The position numbers and the translations under genes were made by a program. DNA of 64,000 nt, taken from NCBI GenBank assembly GCA_949292245.1, contig CASEYV010000001.1, positions 52,433-116,432 of the forward strand, in the 5' to 3' direction. Positions 57,715-64,000 of the stretch are shown here, in pieces. The notes below the pieces were generated by a model, which was not told where the DNA came from, made no database searches, and saw nothing but the letters and a program-made list of their open reading frames with translations. The DNA comes from an uncultured bacterium (GTDB lineage: Bacteria; Bacillota_I; Bacilli_A; RF39; UBA660). Numbering within the stretch: position 1 is the first letter of the stretch; the number at the start of each line of letters is the position of its first letter.

Positions 57715-58920
57715 TTTCACCTCTTTCTATAAATTTTTTAATTATATCTTTAACTTTATCAAAATTTTCTTTAATATCTTTTTCCCAAACATATAAAACA
57801 TCATATCCCAAATGTTTATATTCCTTAAATTTTTGATAATCTTTATCCCACAATAATTTCGCTTTATCATTATAACCCCAAAATCTTATTAAATCATTTG
57901 ATTTGTAAATTTTTGGATTGGCGTGATAAATATCCCCATTAACTTCAATAATCTTATTGTTTATAACACAATCTGCATATTTAACTTTGTTATTACATAA
58001 TATTTTTTTATTGTTTATAACATCATATCCTTCACTAATTAAAAAATCAAGAACTTTCTTTTCAACTTTTGAAATTTTTCGTAATTGTGTTTTTCCTTTA
58101 TGATGAAATAATGAAATATGAGATTTAAATTTAATATCTTCTCTTTGAAAAATATTTGTTATCCCATAATCATCAAATAATTGTTGTTCCCATTTTTTAC
58201 GACTTTCAGTATTTTTACAAAAATTATGTTCATAACCAAAATTTTTTAAACAAGTTTCTTTATATCTTTGTTTTCTTTCAGCTTCATTGCAAGATTCTTT
58301 AATAGTTCTTGTATCAATATTAAAAAATTTCATTTTTTTAATAATTGCTTTTGTATTAATGCCTGTTTGTTCGCTTATCCATTTGGCAGAATGTCTATTA
58401 ACAATATATTCATTATATAAATATTCTTTTGTTAATATTTCATTTTTATATTTTTGATATTCATTACATTTTGCAAGATGTCCTTGCATAGAACCTTTAT
58501 GTCCATCTTTTTTTATTTCAACTTTCTTATGACAATATTTACAAATTTCGGTGTGCATCTTTTCTCCTTATTTTTAAAATATTTATCAGAAAAGATGCAC
58601 GATGTATCTTTTCAGTTATTATCAATTAATACAGTTTCTGTTCCATCTAAATCTTCAACTGCTCTATAAGCATTTAAGTTTTCACACCATACTAAATGAT
58701 TTCCTGTTAATTTAATAATTGAACCATCTTCTAACTCAATTAAATACCAATTATCAATATTTTCTTGTATAGATGTTCCTAAAACAGGACGATATTCAAT
58801 TTCTTTAGTATCTAAATTATAAGATTTTACCATATCATTTGTAATATCTTTTTCAACATATTCACCGATTTTTATTTTACCATATTTTAAAGAATCAATA
58901 ATAGTATTATAATCTGCACA
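57601..58920 (-). mobile_element. split mini-intein (IntN 58615-58920, IntC 57601-57714) flanking a free-standing homing-type endonuclease gene
   Basis: Canonical intein blocks A, B, F and G sit in two separate ORFs with an endonuclease ORF in a third frame between them. The insertion point is immediately after ligase motif I (KVHG|S). Confidence 0.7.
57677..58558 (-). CDS. free-standing endonuclease, Vsr-like/DUF559 (PD-(D/E)xK) with N-terminal zinc ribbon, inserted between the two intein halves
   Basis: Own RBS AAGGAG. CKYCHKKVEI....HLAKC is the zinc ribbon. C-terminal HLGYDVLYVWEKDI resembles the GYxVLRFWExE motif of Vsr/DUF559 endonucleases. Confidence 0.55.
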   Translation of the reverse strand: MHTEICKYCHKKVEIKKDGHKGSMQGHLAKCNEYQKYKNEILTKEYLYNEYIVNRHSAKWISEQTGINTKAIIKKMKFFNIDTRTIKESCNEAERKQRYKETCLKNFGYEHNFCKNTESRKKWEQQLFDDYGITNIFQREDIKFKSHISLFHHKGKTQLRKISKVEKKVLDFLISEGYDVINNKKILCNNKVKYADCVINNKIIEVNGDIYHANPKIYKSNDLIRFWGYNDKAKLLWDKDYQKFKEYKHLGYDVLYVWEKDIKENFDKVKDIIKKFIERGENEGFYNKEYKEN

Positions 58921-59544
58921 TCCATGAACTTTTTCAGTCGCTTCAAAAATTTCACCATCAATAAAAGCATCCATATATTTTTGAATTGGTTCTACATCAT
59001 ATGGAACAACAATTTCAGTTCCACCATTAAAGATTTCACCACCCATACTAGCAGGAATTGGTTGTTCATATTTTGTAATACCAAGAAAATCGGCAACATT
59101 TTCACCTTCGACAGCAGGTAGCCAACTTATATATGAAGTTTTTTCTGAAATAATAAATTTTTGGTCATCAGAATAACCCCATTGTTTAGCACAACCATGA
59201 CAACCCTCATCATATTCAGTTTCAGTCATAGCTGGATATAAAACACCTTCAGAAAAAATACCACGAAGTTTTAATGGTTTAACACGATTACCGTCTTTAC
59301 CAGCTAAAATACCTTTATTTTTTTCAAAATCCCAAAAATTCATTCTTTTAAGCAACCATTCAGGAAGAACAGCATTTTCAGGAATATATACTACCAAATC
59401 GCCAACATTATAACGGTCTGAACCATCTTCTAATTTATTGGAAATACAAGTATATCCACCAATTTTATACAATGTTAGTCTATCAGCATTTGGGTGATTT
59501 TCTTTTTCATCAATTTTAACTACTTTACATTCAAAATTTGCCAT
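58612..59544 (-). CDS. N-extein of an Rnl2/Rnl5-type RNA ligase (N-terminal HPNADRL domain plus motif I KVHG) fused to a split-intein N-fragment (about 102 aa)
   Basis: N-extein ..VVKIDEKENHPNADRLTLYKIGG...GDLVVYIP...EATEKVHG, then intein block A CADYNTIIDSLKYGKIKIGE and block B GSIIKLTGNHLVW, then stop. Confidence 0.8.
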   Translation of the reverse strand: MANFECKVVKIDEKENHPNADRLTLYKIGGYTCISNKLEDGSDRYNVGDLVVYIPENAVLPEWLLKRMNFWDFEKNKGILAGKDGNRVKPLKLRGIFSEGVLYPAMTETEYDEGCHGCAKQWGYSDDQKFIISEKTSYISWLPAVEGENVADFLGITKYEQPIPASMGGEIFNGGTEIVVPYDVEPIQKYMDAFIDGEIFEATEKVHGCADYNTIIDSLKYGKIKIGEYVEKDITNDMVKSYNLDTKEIEYRPVLGTSIQENIDNWYLIELEDGSIIKLTGNHLVWCENLNAYRAVEDLDGTETVLIDNN

Positions 59545-59624
59545 TACTTTTCTCCAATAAAAAATACCATATTTTATAATATGGTATTTTATTAAATTTA
59601 TTTAAAATTGTCAATAGTTATTTT

Positions 59625-60320
59625 TTACCAATCAATAGCCATATACAATTCAGCAATAGAATCTTCCATATATAAATTATATGAGGTAACAGCAAAACCA
59701 TTGGACTTCAAATGATTAGCAACTCTTTCCAATACTTTTAAAACAGTTACCAAACGAACATTAAGCAACAAAGCATCCCATTTCTTATCCATGAAATCAT
59801 ATTCAAGTGAACCTTTACTTGCATTTGACTTAATATCAGAATAAATTGTTGTCAAAATTTTTTCAGCTGTTTTATTTACATTAATCAAACGAACCTTGCT
59901 TTCTTTTAAAGAATCAGCTGTAAATGAATTAGCAACATTTAATTTATTCTTCTTTGTATTGCAATCATTACAATCACAATCTTCAACAGTTTTACCACAT
60001 CCACAACCACACATTTCTTCTGATTTCATTTTATCTCCTTTTACATCCAATGGACTATCAATAAGAATTTTTCTTTCTTTATTTTTAACCTTTTCCTCTG
60101 CATTTTTAATATTTTGATTCATTAAATCAGAAGCATATTTTAATCTGTCTTTAAAAGTATCTTCTTTTTTATCTTCATTTAATAAATCTTCAATCGACAA
60201 TTCAGAATCCAAATCTAAATCCGAATCTGCAGTTTCATCAGTTGAATTTAATTTCTGTAAAGCAACATGTAGCATATCTTTCATCAAATCGCCAAGCATT
60301 TCAACATCATTTTTTAACAT
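59625..60320 (-). CDS. hypothetical protein with Cys-rich cluster
   Basis: MCGCGCGKTVEDCDCNDCNTKKNK. Confidence 0.35.
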   Translation of the reverse strand: MLKNDVEMLGDLMKDMLHVALQKLNSTDETADSDLDLDSELSIEDLLNEDKKEDTFKDRLKYASDLMNQNIKNAEEKVKNKERKILIDSPLDVKGDKMKSEEMCGCGCGKTVEDCDCNDCNTKKNKLNVANSFTADSLKESKVRLINVNKTAEKILTTIYSDIKSNASKGSLEYDFMDKKWDALLLNVRLVTVLKVLERVANHLKSNGFAVTSYNLYMEDSIAELYMAIDW

Positions 60321-60330
60321 TTATTTTCTC

Positions 60331-60609
60331 CTAATCAATATAAAATTCATTTTCATGTGAATATTTAATGTTTAAATAACAAAATAATAAGTAAGCAAAA
60401 TTTTCTGGCTTTAAATTTAATTTTAAAAAGTCAGTATCAATAAAAACTTTATCCAAAACAGATGATTTATTATTAAACCAATATTTCTTTTTAACTTTAT
60501 TTGTTTGTTCATCATATACCAAAGATGAATATACTTCCAATTTATATTTTTTTAACAAACTAAATGCTATTGGTTTTTTATCTGTATCGCTCATATATGT
60601 TTCACTCAT
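60331..60609 (-). CDS. hypothetical protein
   Basis: 92-aa ORF. Confidence 0.3.
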   Translation of the reverse strand: MSETYMSDTDKKPIAFSLLKKYKLEVYSSLVYDEQTNKVKKKYWFNNKSSVLDKVFIDTDFLKLNLKPENFAYLLFCYLNIKYSHENEFYID

Positions 60610-60821
60610 AATTGTTTTCCTCGTTTATTAATACATAATAACTATATTTTTTTATTAAGTCAATAATCATTTTGATTAAGAGTAATAAAAATACAAAATA
60701 ATAAAAAACTACATACAATCAATAATCCCATAATATATTTGATAGCAAACAATTTACATCCTTTTTTTACATATTTTAATTATAAATAATAATATATTAT
60801 AATAAAAAAGGCAAATATAAA

Positions 60822-62714
60822 ATGATTGAAAATATCGTGTTTAGTAAATTATATAAAAATAAAAGATATTTAAAAAAACTTTATGAACATTCTGAATCAT
60901 ATGAAGAAATTAAACAACAACTTTTAAATGGAGAACTTATAAATAACGAACCATTACAAAATTTTTTATATAATGTTGGAAATACTTTATTGTTTAATGA
61001 AACAGATGAAGAATTATCATTATTAACCGGTATTGAATATCGTAGTGCAGATGAAAGAATAGATTCTTTAAATATGACTTTAAATGAATTTAAAAAATTT
61101 ATTTATGATGACTATTCAAATTATATTAATAAACAACCACAAATTCGTAATAACCAAATTATATTTTTTAATTTATTTAAAAGTGAATTTGAAAATAAAA
61201 AAGCCAAATTTTGTCGTTACAGATTATTTAAAAGAATAACTATTAATAAAAAAACCGCTTCATCAAAAATAGATGCTATATTATGCTATGGAATATTTCA
61301 ATATGCTTCACATGCAAATGATACCGAATATTTTAACAAATATATTAATAAAAGATTAAATGTTAGAAAAATTGGTTGTAATGGGAGAAAATATAATTTT
61401 TATTTAACACCAAATTTTTTTGAAAAAATAAAATATTTATTATTCTTACCAACTGAAACTAATATTTCTCAAAATATTCAAAAAAATACAACTTATAAAA
61501 AAAGAGAAGTTCCAAATTTATGGAAATATAATGTTGAAACTACTGATGATACAGACTCAAAACCTTCTTCAGAAGTATCCATGCACATAAAATCATATAA
61601 AAATATGGACGGTGTTTTACCATTTATATATACAAATGAAGCTGTTACCGATGATAAAGCAAGAAAATATTATGATGTTTGTAATATGGTTGAAAATAAT
61701 ATTACAACGCTAGAAGATAAATTACTGGATAATCTTTCTTCGACTATAAAATATAATAAAAAAAATATTAATATAACAAATGATATGAAAGTAGATATTC
61801 ATGATGAATATAAAAATAACATAGAAACAATAGATAATATTAATTATATTAAAGACTTTAATTACTCTTTAAATGGGACAACATCTTTACAAGATGCACG
61901 ACATATGAGAAAAATTGCTATTAATGTGTGTGATGTTTATTTAAGAGCAATGGCTGATGCTAAAAAACATATTTTTGATAAAGATTATAAAAATTCAAAA
62001 GGATTAAATTATAATATACATTTATATTTAACAGAAATATTATCTCCATTAGTTGTCGTTGCTAATAAATGCGAATGGAACGAATTAAATGAAAATGAAG
62101 GATTTAAAATTTTTCGTAAATATGTTAATTTACCAAATAATGAAAATTTTATTAATGAAGCATATATCAATTATCCAACTGAATCTAATTTCCCATTAGC
62201 TGATTCAGCTATTTATATAAATGGATATCGATTATATGTATCAACTAAAGCTGGATTAAATGGATTAGGGGCAAGTGCTTCAATAAAATCATTAAAACAA
62301 TTTTTATATAATCCTAATAATGGAGAAATGACAGGATTAGCCAAAGAAATGGAACAAGAATTTAATGAACAATTTAATTTATTTAAAATTTTTTTAGATA
62401 AAAGCATACAGCAATTTAATTGGAAAGAAATAGAAAAAATAACACACAATCAAGTTTCAACTAGATATGAATTAAAAAAATATTTAGAATTAAATAAAGA
62501 TATTTTTACAAAAATAATTATGAATATTTTGCAAGCAGCATCTTTTCAATTTGTTCAAGTTAATTGTAAAGCATCTAGTACAACCGAAGATTTCCATTTT
62601 AATTATAGAGTTCAATATCCGGCTATATTTAAAGGAAATGTAGATATAGAATTACCATCTGAAGATAAAAATTCTGGTGCGGTTAAATTCCATATTGTTG
62701 AATCAAATAAGTAA
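60822..62714 (+). CDS. hypothetical protein (630 aa)
   Basis: Long plus-strand ORF. A TATAAATA motif lies at 60781-60788, about 34 nt upstream. Confidence 0.45.
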   Translation: MIENIVFSKLYKNKRYLKKLYEHSESYEEIKQQLLNGELINNEPLQNFLYNVGNTLLFNETDEELSLLTGIEYRSADERIDSLNMTLNEFKKFIYDDYSNYINKQPQIRNNQIIFFNLFKSEFENKKAKFCRYRLFKRITINKKTASSKIDAILCYGIFQYASHANDTEYFNKYINKRLNVRKIGCNGRKYNFYLTPNFFEKIKYLLFLPTETNISQNIQKNTTYKKREVPNLWKYNVETTDDTDSKPSSEVSMHIKSYKNMDGVLPFIYTNEAVTDDKARKYYDVCNMVENNITTLEDKLLDNLSSTIKYNKKNINITNDMKVDIHDEYKNNIETIDNINYIKDFNYSLNGTTSLQDARHMRKIAINVCDVYLRAMADAKKHIFDKDYKNSKGLNYNIHLYLTEILSPLVVVANKCEWNELNENEGFKIFRKYVNLPNNENFINEAYINYPTESNFPLADSAIYINGYRLYVSTKAGLNGLGASASIKSLKQFLYNPNNGEMTGLAKEMEQEFNEQFNLFKIFLDKSIQQFNWKEIEKITHNQVSTRYELKKYLELNKDIFTKIIMNILQAASFQFVQVNCKASSTTEDFHFNYRVQYPAIFKGNVDIELPSEDKNSGAVKFHIVESNK

Positions 62715-63326
62715 ATAAAGTTGTTTTAAAAATAAAATAAAATATTTTTTATTATTTTCTTTATCTTGTTTATAAAAATTATAATAATCTTTAAATATTG
62801 CCGATTGGCGAGCCAACTTTACCCATGAAGTTGGCTTTTTTATATTGTTTAATAAAAAATCTTTACTATAAGAGCATTTTAATTCTGAAGCTGATAATTC
62901 AGCCAATTTATCCATTTTAATAATTAAATAATCATTGAAATCATGTGTTTCATCATCTTGAACTATACTTTCTATTTGTTCAATTATTTCATTAAGATAT
63001 TCGGTATAATTAGAATAATTACCGGATAAAATATTTTTTATTTTATCATAACACAAATATATTTGAATTTTTTCTTTTTTATCATCAAATATTTTTTCAA
63101 TTAAATTATTATCATTTTTTGGTAATAAAATCACAACATTAAATGATTTATTAAATTTAACATCAATATATTTTGATAATTCTTTTCTAATGTAATTAAC
63201 AAATCTTCTTAAATTCAATGAATTAAATCCAGTATTATAAAATTTCATATGTATATCATTATCAATTTTTGATATGAAATTTTCATACTCTGAAATATCA
63301 TTTAAATAATAAGAAGATATTTTCAT
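62703..63326 (-). CDS. hypothetical protein
   Basis: 207-aa ORF. Confidence 0.35.
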   Translation of the reverse strand: MKISSYYLNDISEYENFISKIDNDIHMKFYNTGFNSLNLRRFVNYIRKELSKYIDVKFNKSFNVVILLPKNDNNLIEKIFDDKKEKIQIYLCYDKIKNILSGNYSNYTEYLNEIIEQIESIVQDDETHDFNDYLIIKMDKLAELSASELKCSYSKDFLLNNIKKPTSWVKLARQSAIFKDYYNFYKQDKENNKKYFILFLKQLYLLI

Positions 63327-63346
63327 TGATTGTCCTTTATATATTT

Positions 63347-63940
63347 TTATTTACTATTTAATATTTCATTTAAAACATATTCACCAAGTTCTGGTTTAAC
63401 ACAATTTCTTAAAACTTGTCGTTTATTGCTTATTCTACTATTCGCAACAATTTCATAATTATCAAAATCACTTATTTTATTTTTTGTTCTAATAGCATCT
63501 TTAGCAAATTCTTTTTCTCGTATTGGTTTATTACTCCAAAACAAATGTCTTTGTAATAAAACAGTTGGTTCTACTAATGGTTTATAGTATGGAACAACAT
63601 TTTCAACACACCAATCGCCTTTAAAATAAGTTTTTAAAAATATTATAATAGAATATAAACCCATATCTGGTAATATTGGAGCAAAACCTTTTCCCAATAC
63701 ACCAACATTATGTCTATATTGACCGTGAGACTGGCAAGGTGGTGAAGCCCATATAAAATCAAACTCACTATAATGCTTTTCTAAATATTCTAACGCATCT
63801 CCAACTATCATAGTATCATTAGGATATAATTTAGAATAAACTTCAGCAATTTTTTCATCTAATTCAACAGATGTTATTTCATGCCCTTTCCATAATGCTC
63901 TATTACCACCAATACCAGAATATAAATTTAATATTTTCAT
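63347..63940 (-). CDS. DNA cytosine-5 methyltransferase-like protein (short form)
   Basis: Motif I ILNLYSGIGG, motif IV ASPPCQSHG (catalytic PC) and motif VI CVENVVP. At only 197 aa, no clear TRD or motif IX-X is seen. Confidence 0.55.
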   Translation of the reverse strand: MKILNLYSGIGGNRALWKGHEITSVELDEKIAEVYSKLYPNDTMIVGDALEYLEKHYSEFDFIWASPPCQSHGQYRHNVGVLGKGFAPILPDMGLYSIIIFLKTYFKGDWCVENVVPYYKPLVEPTVLLQRHLFWSNKPIREKEFAKDAIRTKNKISDFDNYEIVANSRISNKRQVLRNCVKPELGEYVLNEILNSK

Positions 63941-64000
63941 ATCGTTTCTTCCTCAATGGTTGTAAAACCTTGTTCTTTAATTATTTTTAATAATTCTGAT

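Noticed and set aside
4053-62449. Short antisense ORFs embedded in larger genes (4053-4238+, 5150-5341+, 5851-6063+, 7541-7732+, 9484-9705+, 10226-10429+, 17285-17497-, 19062-19259+, 21571-21768-, 22095-22409+, 23193-23396+, 23455-23652+, 30950-31132+, 37455-37661+, 37969-38193+, 39556-39756+, 40075-40257+, 40205-40399-, 41014-41205+, 43020-43271+, 44681-44947+, 52928-53215+, 54675-54908+, 55678-55953+, 57127-57309+, 58454-58669+, 58924-59121+, 59896-60117+, 62213-62449-)
   Set aside because: Each lies wholly inside a longer, better-supported ORF in another frame or strand and translates to low-complexity F/L/I/K-rich sequence typical of AT-rich antisense frames.
1-64000. Bacteroidetes/Flavobacteria host, inferred from AT-richness and phage-encoded S21
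   Set aside because: Clear AAGGAG Shine-Dalgarno sites (e.g. before 10491, 25786, 58558) and a TTGACA-N16-TATAAT promoter are not typical of Bacteroidetes expression signals. Host left unassigned.
1-64000. CRISPR array or other short interspaced repeats
   Set aside because: No regularly spaced direct repeats with unique spacers were seen. The repeats present are coding tandem repeats in fiber genes and a 15-nt leader repeat.

Overview
The window is AT-rich (judged by eye, not computed) and densely coded, mostly on the minus strand. It reads as part of a large T4-like tailed phage genome, with no sign of bacterial chromosome. Supported calls are a UvsX recombinase, a gp32-like SSB candidate, a T4 Rnl1-type RNA ligase, and a gp5-like baseplate spike with a C-terminal M15 peptidase. 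A large paralogous tail-fiber / receptor-binding locus (about 12.1-22.6 kb, plus a beta-helix tailspike at 1-1993) carries many internal and inter-gene repeats. The window also holds a tRNA-Arg(ACG), dUTPase, three DNA methyltransferases (two beta-class amino-MTases and a C5-MTase), an Hsp20, a ClpA-like unfoldase beside a J-domain protein, a SleB-like cell-wall hydrolase and a phage-encoded ribosomal protein bS21. The most unusual content is RNA and tRNA maintenance / anti-defence gene content. One cluster at 31.2-37.7 kb has a CCA-adding enzyme, Rnl1, a RelA/SpoT-type small alarmone hydrolase (HD domain), a Pth2-type peptidyl-tRNA hydrolase, RNase HI and a macro domain. A second RNA ligase (Rnl2/Rnl5-like) gene at 57.0-59.5 kb is fractured by a split intein whose halves flank a free-standing Vsr-like endonuclease gene. 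A PARP-like ADP-ribosyltransferase candidate sits on a small plus-strand island at 23.8-30.5 kb. Canonical Shine-Dalgarno sites and a near-consensus sigma70 promoter argue against a Bacteroidetes host. All calls rest on reading translations and motifs by eye; no database searches were run.
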